Positions 11,954-24,310 of a DNA stretch of 64,000 nucleotides are shown here, in pieces. The translations under genes and the position numbers were made by a program. This stretch comes from Eledone cirrhosa (taxonomy: Eukaryota), in NCBI GenBank assembly GCA_964016885.1, contig OZ024740.1, positions 342,922,001 to 342,986,000 of the forward strand. The letters run 5' to 3'. Below the pieces are notes generated by a model. It was not told the origin of the DNA. It did no database searches and worked only from the letters and a program-made list of their open reading frames with translations. Every line of letters begins with the position of its first letter. The stretch's first letter is position 1.

Positions 11954-12147
11954 CTGTTGAAGAGAAAGAAAAAAGACAGAAATATTTATTAAACAATATT
12001 AATTTTTTTTTTTAATATGAAGATTGTAATATACCAATGTCTAGTTGACTGATAGACTCCTGGAACCTGGAAATGAGGGAAATGCAAGCTTAGCATAGCT
12101 TTTTGTGAAGACATTTGTTGTTATAAACAGTAACCATTAAAGTTTAA

Positions 12148-12518
12148 CCCTTTAGTGTTCAAACTGGCCATAACTGGTTGCTTATATTGACATTTACATT
12201 ACTCTATATTTACTATTGTATTTTCATGGTAAAGGCTTTACCTCACATAATATCAAATCTTTGAGATTTTGATATTATTTATTTAGAGAACAATACGTTA
12301 ACATCAGTACGAGCAGCCAGTTATGGCCAGTTTGAACAGAAAGAGGTGAGAGAATTCTGGCCAGATATGGCTGGTCTAAATGCTAAAGGGGGTATTGTTC
12401 TCAAAATAAATAATATTAAAATCTCGTAGATTCAATATTATGTGAGATAATTATGTAAGATAAAGCCTTTACCACAAAAATACAATAGTATATATAGAGT
12501 AATGTAAATAATAAAGGG
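12148..12518. mobile_element. piggyBac-like MITE (family P1) carrying an inverted copy of itself
   Basis: Outer ends TTAA|CCCTTTAG and AAAGGG|TTAA. An inner reversed copy spans ~12191-12390. Confidence 0.8.
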
Positions 12519-12949
12519 TTAATGTTTAGATAATTATTACTATAGTATAGAGATAGGCAGACAGACAAAGAATGACAGATTGGAATTTAGAAAGATAGGC
12601 TTTTGAGTAGATCTGATTGACAAGAAAATTTCAACAATAAAGACTTGTTCAACCCATGTTAACATTGTACTAGGTATAAGAAAAAAACAAAACAAAAAGG
12701 AATGCAGTAGTTGTTATTAGTACTGCAGATGGTGGTGGTGGTGATGATGGTAGCAATGGTAGTGATGATAATGGTGATGGCAGGCTATGGCAGGAATTTT
12801 AACTACCAAATTAATTCAGATTTGTTATAAAGATTCAAGATGACATTTGACATTTCTTTTTTAGAAATTGTTCTCCTCTGACCTCACTCTGGTCTTCAAT
12901 ACAAAAGTGCTAAACTATGGCAATACTTTTAAAGTACAAATTGTAAACT

Positions 12950-13480
12950 TTAATAATATGATACTCTTTCATCTACTTTTTCACACTGGTAACAGTGGAT
13001 GGGTCCATTTCAACACATCATCTCACTACTTGTCACAATCCTTTAGCATTTCCTCTGTGTGGTTCAGTATCCTGAGATGATACCTCACCAATCCTTCCCA
13101 AATCTTCAGCTGATATCTCTAATGCTTAGATTTTTCTCTCAGTACACATGCACTCAGCTGTTCATGCCTGGTGATACCATACATCAATTGGAGCATACTC
13201 ATGTTATTTCTTTCCAGCCTTAACATATCCTTCATATTCAATGCTCATATCTCACAACAATGTAATATCACAATTCATACACAAGCATCATGCAATTTGT
13301 CCTTTATTCAGTAAGTGAAGCCCTTTGTAGCTAAGAGGTAATAGCTCCCTCAACAATGCCCACCCCATTCTTATTCTGGCTACTATGCTTTTATAACACC
13401 CATCTACACCACAAAATAGGTCACCTAAGTAATAGAAGCTATCAACTACTTCTATCAAACCCCATATACAATATTTCAAC
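12950..13480 (-). pseudogene. Decayed RTE LINE 3' fragment
   Basis: IEVVDSFYYLGD..GCYKSIVARIRMGW..RELLPL matches the C-terminal part of the 48075-51142 RTE ORF. Confidence 0.8.
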
Positions 13481-13682
13481 TTTCTGAAATTAATTGTCAA
13501 TAAAACATCTGTAACATCAATCTAATCTTACCTCACCACTTCTTACCGTATCTTTCTTTGGGCTTCCTCTAACAGTCTTGTATTACTTTCAGTCATTAGA
13601 CTGAAGTCAAGCTAGTGTGTTTAACAAAGATTCTTACATAAAATTATGATGTAAGGTTTTCAGATAAATATAAACATTTTAA

Positions 13683-13890
13683 CCCTTTTGCATTTAAACC
13701 GGCCATATCCGGCCAGAATTCTCTCACCTCATTCTGTTCAAACTGGCTGTAACCAGCCGCTCACACTGATGTTAAGGTATTGTTCTCAAATTAAATAATA
13801 TCAAAATCTCATAGATTTGATATTATGTGAGATAAATCCTTTACTGTGAAAATATAATAGTAAATACAGAGTAATGTAAATGCTAAAGGG
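13683..13890 (+). mobile_element. piggyBac-like MITE P1, nested in a P2 copy
   Basis: TTAA TSD at 13679-13682 and 13891-13894. TIR CCCTTTTGCATTTA / TAAATGCTAAAGGG. Confidence 0.85.
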
Positions 13891-14443
13891 TTAAAACAGT
13901 TTTGTATCACAGAACAAGAGGCAATTTTAGGTTGTTTGGTATCAAAAGGATTAAGAGTCAAGTGACTTTGATCAGATTCTAGTATCACATTTATTATTTA
14001 GCTTGTTGCTACTCTACAATCTGAAATAGTTGCAATTCCTTCAACTGTATTGAATGTCATTGTTTCCTAACAGAGTAGTTCCAAGTACACATCTTTCAAT
14101 TAAAGTCATAACTATTTTATAAACAGTTTTGTTACATGACTCAATGGGCAATAAGCATGTAAATAACATATCCTTTTTTACTATTTTTCTGTACTCCTAA
14201 ATATTTTACACCTGAATCTTTAACTCTCGTAGTCGTACTGTCCAAGGCATTTAAGCCTGGCAGAACCCATTTTGCTCCAGGTTCAGAACATAGCCAATTT
14301 CTGAGAGGGAGAGAGAGAATATAAGTACCAGATTTGAAAAATATGTAATGGGTTTGATATGACCAACTAAATCAAGTCAGTTCCCCAGCATGGCTGCAGT
14401 CTAGTGACAAACTAGTAAAATAATAAAAGTATATATATATATA

Positions 14444-14484
14444 TCATCATCATTTTACGTCTGCTTTTCCCTGCTTGCAAGGGT
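14444..14484 (-). mobile_element. Extremely 5'-truncated RTE tail
   Basis: Near-identical to the reverse complement of 51114-51160 (cccttgcaagcagggaaaagcggacgtaaaatgatgatg). Confidence 0.75.
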
Positions 14485-14489
14485 TTTAT

Positions 14490-14565
<76 letters not shown>

Positions 14566-15150
14566 CCATGCTACAGTGATAAAAGCGGAAAACAATATTT
14601 GAATTTTATGTCTCCCCACCCATTTTTTTTCTTTACTTTAGATTTAATTCTAAATAACAGCAGTGTATTGCACTAGGAATGTATTCATGAAAGTGATAAA
14701 GTTTCAAGAGAAAACATACACTAGTGGCATAACAAGGGCACTCACCACTTGAAGGCAGAGACATTTCTGCTAACCTCACCTTAATTAACAGGTATGATAG
14801 ACCAGAAGAAATTTTGCATCCCTTGATACCTCCCCTAAAGAGCAGGTAGGTGGGTGGAGGTGAGGGGTTCCCACCTCCATCACAATGCCTCTCACATACA
14901 CATAAAAAGGAAAGGCCATGGGTTATGCATCCATGTCTGACTGGCTATGGGTTTGTCTCTCTGAGGCAAAAACTTGGGTAGAGTATTTTTGTAAAAGACC
15001 AACAGTCCCCCATCCATGACACCATGTTGAACAAGGGAAAAAAAACCTACACAGCTTGGCACCAGTGTCATTGCAACTCATTTTTTGCAGCTGAATTGAG
15101 TGGAGTAATGTAAAATAAAATGCCTTGCTCAAGGACACAAGGCACTATTT

Positions 15151-15326
15151 CAGACCTGCCAACCTCTAAAAACCAAACGGGGAGTACCATGAAAAAAAAA
15201 CTGTCCCAAAATGGGGAGATTTTACATAATGAAAGTTATACCCATTTTCATAAGAGAAGACATCTCTCACCCACCCCAAGGTGGGTGGGAGATCTCCCCG
15301 TTGGATGGGGAGAGTTGACAGGTCTG
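15151..15326. mobile_element. hAT (Blackjack-like) MITE nested in a minus-strand CORE-type SINE (~14930-15392)
   Basis: TIR cagacctgccaac / gttgacaggtctg. No clean TSD seen. Confidence 0.65.
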
Positions 15327-15660
15327 TTACTTAGTCTGGGAATTGAGCTCATGACCTTAACCAGCACCCTAAACACTAAGCCATGTGCCTTCACTATACA
15401 CATTTTTGTAAATTTATATTAGGCAGATATCACTATAAGCACACTTAGAGCTTTGATAATCAAATCACTATATTTCATATTTCAACAATTCTATGTATAA
15501 GAGGTATATGTTACCAAATGAGAAAAAGAAATGTTATGATTACATCGCCAATTAATTAGTTTCCAGTTGTTTATTGTCATAACAAAAAAAAAAAAAAAAA
15601 AAATACACATCAGGAATGTAATGATAGATTAATCTATAAAATCTCATGAGACACCGGTTT

Positions 15661-15662
<2 letters not shown>

Positions 15663-15727
<65 letters not shown>

Positions 15728-15760
15728 GCGTGCGTGCGCGCACACACATATATATATATC
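15663..15760. repeat. (TG)n microsatellite, representative of many (TA)n/(CA)n tracts (e.g. 14488-14560, 16375-16445, 57104-57176)
   Basis: Directly visible. Confidence 0.95.
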
Positions 15761-15943
15761 CTTATCACTGTTTAATGGCTATTTTCCAAGCTTGCATATA
15801 TATATATATATATAGTTCAAGTAGACAAACAGAGGTACAAAAGTCTTATTAGTGTCATACTTTATATTGGAAAGAGGAAAGAAAGTTTGATGTGTCAGGC
15901 TTAAGCCCTTCTTCAGGAGTACAAAATAGAGACAGGATCATAT

Positions 15944-15994
<51 letters not shown>

Positions 15995-16257
15995 CACACA
16001 CGAATACTAACACAAACATATTAGCACTTTGCACATCTAAACAGTGATGAGGCAATTATAGACAATAATTCAATTTCAAGGCCATAGATAGATATAGTAT
16101 TTTGTGAACACAGTTTACTACTTTAACCTAAACAATGATAACTGATAAATAAAGACCTTAGTTTAGTAATAAGTTATCAGTGATAACTAATGACTAAACT
16201 AAGGTAATAACAAAAAGACTTACTTTTCTACTGGTTTCAGTCATTAGAAAATTTAGT

Positions 16258-16395
16258 CAGTAGTGTAGCTAGAAGCAGGGTGGTCTGCCTTGGGTGGCAC
16301 TTTTGGGTCTGCTGGAGGCTATAAGCATTCTTTTTAATGCTGCAGCATAATATTATAATTGTACACAGACTAGTTAATATATATATATATATACA

Positions 16396-16449
<54 letters not shown>

Positions 16450-16556
16450 TTTAAGCGTTATATATATATTAAGAGCAATATGTATTTTTTGTGGGGGCCT
16501 GGGGGCAGCAAACTGAAGGGTTGCCCCGGGCAGCACACACTTTAGTTACATCACTA
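16258..16556. mobile_element. hAT (Tip100-like) MITE with internal (TA)n
   Basis: Ends cagtagtgtagctag and ttagttacatcacta. 8-bp TSD aatttagt / gatttagt. Confidence 0.7.
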
Positions 16557-16954
16557 GATTTAGTCAATCATATCAACCCAGTACTTCATTTTTAAGTTTA
16601 GTAATTATTTTATTGATATCTTTTTGTTGAACTGCTAAATTATGGGACATTAACAAACAGTAAACACGCACAAACACACACACATATGATGGGCATCCAC
16701 ACAGTTTCCATCTACCAAATTTCACTCACATGGTATTGGTCAATCCAAGTCTAGAGTAGAAGACACTTTCCCAGTGGGAGTGAGCATCAAACCATGTGGT
16801 TGTGAAGCAAACTCCCTAACCATATAGCCATGTTTTCTTAGCCTGTAACAAATGATAGTATGAATTTTTTTTTTTTTTTTTTTTTGTTTTTAATTGTTAT
16901 TGTTTTAGTTGAAGAAATATAAAACTGGGTCATATTTTGCAAAAAAAGAGAATC

Positions 16955-17215
16955 ATCATTGCTAGCATGGGTTAGACGGGAATTGTCCTACTTGAGGCAA
17001 GATTGATCAGGTGACCATGTCTCGCTTGTATAGGACTGTATCTGGTAGGTTTTCTATGGCTGGATGCCCTTCCTAAGACCGACCCCATTTACAGTGTGGA
17101 CTGGGAGCTTTTTTACCGTGTCTCCTACACAACCACTTTACAGCGTGGACTGGGTGCTTTTTGTCGTGACACCTACACGACAACTTTAGTGTGGACTGGA
17201 TGTCCTGTGGTACCA
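16955..17215 (-). mobile_element. RTE-derived bipartite element
   Basis: Reverse complement of the 8045-8287 type (ggctggatgcccttcctaa; gtgtggactggg subrepeats). Confidence 0.7.
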
Positions 17216-18380
17216 ACATAACTTTACAGAGAAAGGGTGGTGTTGGTGGGAATGGGAGGAAGGAGTGGGGGGTGGGGGGTGTATATTTGGTTAAGAGGTG
17301 CTTACTAACTTCTCTAATTATAAAATAATTAACAATAATTAAAAACAACATTCATTTTCTGTATTAATTTTGGTTATCATTTCCTTATGAAAGACACAGC
17401 AGAAAATTTTCAAACCATTTTCAAAATAATCAAGAATTTGGAGGGGTTAGTAATATAACTTTCTCATTATTAAGCAGGGGTTTAGAACAGAACAAAGGTT
17501 CTTACATAAAATTATGATGTGAAGTTTGTAGATAAGTATAAACCCTTTAAAATAAACAGCATTTCATAGCAGAATAAAGGGTAGTTTGGTATCAAAAGAG
17601 TTAATTTAAATTTAATTTCTTTTATAATCACAGACATCCTGTTTAAAAGATTTCAGCTTCTCTTTATTGTGATGCTGTTACAGCATAAGTAAATGAATAT
17701 ATTTGGAGGAAGAATGCTAGAAAGATTTAGCAAATATTTTACCTTTTCTTTTTTGCTGAGTCATTGAAAGAGTAGTATTAGAAAGGATTTTTTTTTTGTT
17801 TGAAATATTTAATGAATAAGAAGTATTTACTATGAAGTCAGAGCAACAAAATGAAAATAGCATGATGATAGAATCAATATGACTTAAAATCAGCTTTTAA
17901 ATTTTTAGAAGCTGTCACCAACCTTTATCTAAATTTATAATAAATAAATACAAAAACTATTTGGGAATTTTAAATTAGAAGTCAAACTTTACATGTTGAA
18001 TTTTTTCCTTTATAAAATGCAAAGCACTTAAAATAATCAATGTACTAGAAAACAAAAAGCAAATGCATTATATCAAAGTGGTTTTTAAGGATAAATATGC
18101 TACTTTTCATCTCTCACTTTAGATAACCACCTACATAATATCATCATAATCATTTAACGCCTATTTTCCAGGTTGTCATGGTTCAAGACTAGATAGGTCA
18201 GAGCTACCCATCTTGTTTGTTACATTCGATATTTGGTATGGTTTCTATGCCTTACAGGGTGTACTGGATGTGTTTTTCATGGCTCCAGCACAACAGAGTT
18301 TGCCACATGCTAGGCCAGACTGAAGAGTCCTCTCAAACCCTACATTCTTTGATTGCCAAACAATGTAGCCTTCGCTCTCT

Positions 18381-18580
18381 GACAGGTTTGCAGTTGAGCC
18401 CATAGCAGTGGAGACTTCTGGTATCCTTGGTCTTAGGATCACCTTCCTGCTCACCACCATCGGCACAGAGTTGGCTATCCACATGTGTGAGCCTTGCGAG
18501 CTGGAATGGCTCTTCCAGCGCATCTCCCTTACCATCCTCTGGGGAAATGCCTTCTCCATTCTGACTGCCAGGGCGCAGGG
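18381..18580 (+). pseudogene. CRE-clade LINE C-terminal fragment
   Basis: DRFAVEPIAVETSGILG..EPCELEWLFQRISLTILWGNAFSIL. Confidence 0.72.
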
Positions 18581-19140
18581 TAGCCAGCGTATGGGCTCCC
18601 ATTTGCTCATAATAGTGAGAGATGGGGACAGTGGGAGAGCCGGATGCAGTGACAGTGGGAGTTTGGTTCTTTTGTGTTCAGACCTTGTGTATGTATATGG
18701 ACATGGACACACCCTCATGTATATGACCCTAACCAATTTACATTTATCTTACTCTCTTTTTTCAACAGTGAACATAATGATGAATGTAGCCTCCATCTCT
18801 TGCCACATTTACTTTTAGTGTTATAGTGCTTGAACTAATAAAAAAAAACAAAACTAAAAACCAACAAAACCTATATTGGTGAAATTACTACACTGGTATG
18901 AATATCTGGTGTGAATGTGTGTTATATGTTATAAGTACTGTTAATGTTTGTTCTTAGAGGAAAGTAGCCATAAAAAAACAACAGAGATAAGATCTAAAAA
19001 GATTAGGGATGACAGATTGACATATATGGAAAACTACTGCAATACTGACCCAAACATGTCAACAAGATAGTCTCTATGTGGTTACTCAACTTGCAAAAAA
19101 TAGAAGCCAAATTTTCTTCAAATCTCACTACAATCTTTAA

Positions 19141-19346
19141 CTCTTTAGTATTTACATTTCGCTATATATACTATTATATTTTCAAGGTAAAGGCTTTACC
19201 TCACATAATATCGAATCTTTGAGATTTTGGTATTATTTATTTTGAGAACAATATTTTAACGTCAGTATGAGCAACCAGTTAGTTGGTTTGGACAAAAAGA
19301 GGTGAGAGAATTCTGGCCGGATACAGCTGGTTTAAATGCTAAAGGG
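19141..19346 (-). mobile_element. piggyBac-like MITE P1
   Basis: TTAA at 19137-19140 and 19347-19350. Reverse complement of 13683-13890. Confidence 0.85.
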
Positions 19347-22321
19347 TTAAAGAATGAAGGTCACATTAGATATCAACTATGGAAAGAGATGCTAAAATTA
19401 AAGACAATAATGATAATTCGAAATTTAATGTGTTTCACATAAAAAAAGGAGTCAATTATTAAATCAGACCAAACAAGCAATGTTTCCATTGGTGTTTTCA
19501 TTGCTCATACTATCAGCTAGTCACAACATGAAGTTAAGTATTTTGCTCAAGAACACAATGCACCTCTTAAACCAGGAAGCAAACACAACGTTATAATAAT
19601 GAGTCCAACACCCTTATCAGACGGCTACATGCCTTCATGCCAATTTGAATTATTTATTTAGGTTTCCATTTAAACTACCTCCATTTTGCATACAACAGTT
19701 GCAATGTACCACATATTTATAATTGGGGTTTTGAAGGACCAGTAACTAAGTGTCATGTTGATTTTTTAAAATGTATTTCCATGGAAAAAGATGCAACCTA
19801 TACACCAGTATATATACCAGCTTTACACAACCTATACACCAGTATATATACCAGCTTTACACATACAGCAAAACCTACGTAATACCACTTTAGGATGAAG
19901 CCTTTTCAATAACAATAACCAGCTAATAATATGAAATAGATAAAGAATTTGGTACCCACTAATTTTGATAACAATAACCAGTTGGTAACATTATCCACAA
20001 TTATAAGTGGCTTGTACTGTATAATCTTCTTATATAGAAAGGGTTTCAGTTTTGCTAAAGGTAATTGTTTCTACTATAGACACAAGGCCAACAATTCGAA
20101 AGGCAGGGGAAGTTGATTCAATTGACCTCTTCCGCCAGTCCATTACTAGTGCTTTATTCTATTGACCCCATAAGGATGAATGCCAATCCACAGCAGATTT
20201 TGCTAAAGATAATCATCATCCCTCTAAATTCTTGATTATTTTCAAAATTATTTGGAAACCAAAGGCAATGTATTTCATTAGAAATATGATAATGAGAGGG
20301 TTAACTATGAGTATTATCACTGTTCTCCATACAAACATTTTGGCGCAAATTCAGCAATAGAAATTTAAAAAAAAAAAAACTGATAGTCATTTAATCTTCC
20401 TGGAACTGTCAAGTGAACATCATGTATGACTTTGGCTACAAGCAAATAGTTCTGACTCGGTGACCTTTTCACTGTAGTTAACTTGGGAGTCAGCAGTCTG
20501 GGAAATGCAAAACAAGAGAGCAAATGAATCATTAATTATGAGCAAAATGTGAAAACACCTGAAAGATATAATTAGACAGGAGACATCAGATGTCAAAATC
20601 CACAGAGAATTTGAAATAACAAACAATAATTTAAGTTATTTGATATTTTTCAAACAAAAAAATACATAACAGTTGTTTTGTTGAAGCCATACAACCCCCC
20701 CCCCCCCCAAAAAAAAAAGCCCCAATCAAACTACTAAAATACCTTATAGTTAATTCTCTTTAGTTTGGTTGTGAATTTAAATGAGTATAAAAGAAGTTTT
20801 ACAACTGTTTTACATTGCAACAACAAAGAAGCCTTACATAGATATTGTAATTACATTCTCTGTAATGTCACAAATTGTTACATATGTAAATTAAACTAAA
20901 ACTGAATCTTGTTTACAAGCAGTATATAAAATCTATCATGGACACCTGGGGCCTCATCCTCATCCTCATCGTCATTAGTTTTATGTGTGATTTTACATGC
21001 TGCCATGAGTTGGATGATACTTTTTCTGGCAGAATTCTACATCCTTCTAGATGCCAACTCTTACTTGTTTTATAAGGTATGGATTTTTGCATGTCTAACC
21101 AATGAGAAGTGGGACTTCTGTTCAGTAGAACATAAACAAACATCACCACCTGCAATACTGAATGAGAAGTGAAGAGACAAACACACATACATACACACAC
21201 ACACACACACATATATACATGATGGGCTCCTTTGGCTTCCTAAGTTTCTGCTGACCAAATTCACTCACAAGGCTATAGTCAGTCCAAAGCTATACTAGAA
21301 GACCTTGCCCAAGGTTCCACACAATGGGATATAACCTATTTAGAAAAAACTATATAAAATTACAAATGATCTGAAATAAAACATAAATAAAACATACTTT
21401 TAAAAAAGATACTTTCTGCACCTAAACTGCATTATCATTGACACTATCACCAGCATCATCAGTACCACCTTCATTTAACGTTCATCTTCCCTGATAGCAA
21501 GGTTTGGGCAGGTCATTACAGGTCAAGCCAGTACTTAATCAGTGCTACTGACTCATCAGATGGTCTGGGAGGGGACTGTATCTTGCTTACATACATTCCC
21601 ACATTATACAGACAGTACTAGGTATATTTTATCAGGACACCAACACGTCTTTCACATAACTGAAGAATCCTCTCAACCCTTTGTTTGGCAAGTTTTCTAT
21701 GGCTGGATACCCTTTCTATCACCAACCACTTTACAAAATATACAAAGTTTGTTTTATTGTGGCATCAACAATAGAAAGTTTGTGGTGCCATTGACACAAC
21801 TGATGAGCCCTCTTAGTCGCTTTTTGGCATGGGTTTTACAGTTCGATATCCTGTCTATCACCAACTACTTTACAAAGTATACTGAGTAAATGTTCATGGA
21901 ATTACTACTAAAACCTCCACTACATGGCTTTGATCTGCTTGAAAACCACCTCATATCTGACCACATTGTGGCTGATCTGCTTAAAGGTTACCTCACGACT
22001 TGTTCCAGTCTACTTCTACTACTACTACTGCTGCTGCTGATGGCTGGACTTCTTGAATCCAACATTTCTTGGTTCAGCAACTTACATGATCTGGCATGTT
22101 TTTAATCTAATTTATACTATTAGTTTTTGGTTTTAGACTTTATATTAACAGAGACAAAACAAAAAAAAAAACCTTTGTTCTAGCTTTGATAAGATAATAT
22201 ATATGTGGAATGGAATGGCAAGACCATGATTATATAGGGGCTCTCCTAAGGGGTCATTTTTGGTTTTCTGTCATTTTACCATGGTTGGACAATGGCCTAA
22301 TTCCAAGGTTGCTAGATTTAA

Positions 22322-22538
22322 CCCTTTAGCATTCAAACCGGGCGTATCCGGCCAGAAATGTCTCACCTCTTTCTATTCAAATCGACTGTAACTGGCCACT
22401 CATATTGATGTTAAGGTATTGTTCTCAAGATAAATAACATCAAAATCTTATAGATTCGATATTATGTGATATAATTATGTAAGATAAAGTACTACCAAAA
22501 TACTATAGTATATATAGAGTAATGTAAATGCTAAAGGG
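22322..22538 (+). mobile_element. piggyBac-like MITE P1
   Basis: TTAA|CCCTTTAGCATT and AATGCTAAAGGG|CTAA ends. Confidence 0.85.
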
Positions 22539-22972
22539 CTAAGAAGTTCAGCTTGTCTTAGCCTAAAATACCTGTCTTATTTGATATAAATACAAAACAC
22601 ACAAACATCGAAATAACTGAAAAATAAACTGTGCTGGATAAATAAACTAAAGATAACATGTAGGAACTAAGTCTAGTATATACTACATGTAGGAACTAGT
22701 ATGGGGTGAGATGTTCTAGTAGATAAGCTACAGGGTGACCTGGATATAGTACAGGAGTGCATATCTACTGAAAGAAGTTCTGTTGTATATATGTATATGT
22801 GTCTCTCTGTGTGCATGATTTTGGATGGCCATGGACTCTTAAGAGCTCCTTTGCCCTTTGATACATACATATATACATACATACATATATACATACATAC
22901 ATATATACATACGGTAAAAAAAATATACTCGAAATTAAGAGAAAGAGATAACATACATACATACATAATATA

Positions 22973-23182
22973 TATAAAGAAAAAAAGATGAAATCTAAAA
23001 TGCAACTGGAGTCTTATTTTAAAAAAAATATACATATTTATTTGGTACCTTTACTGGTTTCGCAGTTCTTCTGCTTTTCAAAAGTAGAACTGCGAAACCA
23101 GTAAAGGAACCAAATAAATATATATATTTAAAAAAAAATAAGACACCAGTTGCATTTTCGATTTCATCTTTTTTCCTTTATA
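22973..23182. repeat. ~100-bp-arm palindrome, probably inverted Penelope-like pseudo-LTRs
   Basis: Arms ~22973-23070 and ~23086-23182 are reverse complements. A hammerhead-like core sits at the axis and (TA)n-type tracts flank it. Confidence 0.75.
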
Positions 23183-23260
23183 CTTTCACTCGTGTAGGAC
23201 ACCTCGGTTAATTTTCATTTTGTAAAAAAACCTCACTTTCTAATATATATATATATATAT

Positions 23261-23817
23261 AAATGAAAGGTATAGAAATTGTTTTAGCGAGAAGCTAACA
23301 GTATTTCATAACATATATGCGACTATGTCGTCAAGATGGGAAAAATAGTTAACGTAAGATGTAGGAAAAATAATTCAAACTCATCTCAAAAGAGAATCAG
23401 GATACAAATTCATCCACAGAATTTAGTGAGATCCAGGGAAAAATCAATAGACCCTTAACTCATGATAAGATAAAGTCTAAAATACTTATCCTTCAATTTG
23501 GAAAAACATCAAATGCTCTGTATAGTCTTAAAGACTATTTCATGAAAACTTTCAGTGGAGATGGTCACGGTTGGAATTCATCATCAGCAGAGCTCAACAG
23601 ATAACCAGGCCTCTCACAGAATTATAAGCCAAAAAGGGAATTCTAAAACTGGCTAGTTCACCATCATGCGTGATTATGAAAAACGCACATAAGGAAAAAC
23701 AGGGCTAGTGACGTCAGGATGAAAATGAATGTTTGTTTACAAGAAATAACAGTCAAATACATTCCGAAAAAAACTCTACAAAAGGAGTTCAGCAAACAGC
23801 AATATTATTGCAGTTTT
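23261..23817 (-). mobile_element. Probable solo Penelope-like pseudo-LTR or retrozyme-like unit
   Basis: ~560-bp non-coding unit bounded by (TA)n on both sides and containing a hammerhead fold. Confidence 0.5.
23515..23593 (-). ncRNA. Type I hammerhead ribozyme candidate
   Basis: Minus strand reads GCUCUG CUGAUGA UGAA..UUCA U GAAA UAGUC UUUAA GACUA UA CAGAGC. Stem I is 6 bp and stem III is 5 bp plus A-U. Stem II register is off by one nucleotide. Confidence 0.65.
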
Positions 23818-24310
23818 TATATATATATATATAGAAAAGATGAATATAAAATGAAAGTGCTTTTATAAAGGAATTTATTTGGTATTGACATATGTTTCTG
23901 TAACAGACGGAATACCTATGTATCGCTGCTTGCGTAATCATATAATATTAGCACGTGATCGATAGCAAATGTATAAACAGTTGTCACTTCTTCAGAAATA
24001 TTGGATAAATTGGAAAAAATCAGAAAAATCAAAGTATTTATATTAGTTGTAAGAAAGGAGGAGGAGAGGGGAAAGTATATGACAGATGGCAATTCAATTT
24101 GCTGGTAAACAAGTATATAGAAGGTTTTTAATGAGAATACAATGTGTATATGGCTTATTTTAATTTATATTTGACCAGTTGAACAATGGACAGGGCTGGT
24201 GGCTTGGTGTGATAGTATTAATACAGATATAAGGTGTCAAGTAAGGAAGAGAGATTTTCACTGCTACTGATAACAACAATATTGGTAGCCTGTTGGTATA
24301 TGCTTTAGGG

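Noticed and set aside
19795-19863. Short perfect tandem duplication (~35 bp)
   Set aside because: An ordinary slippage duplication with no further structure.
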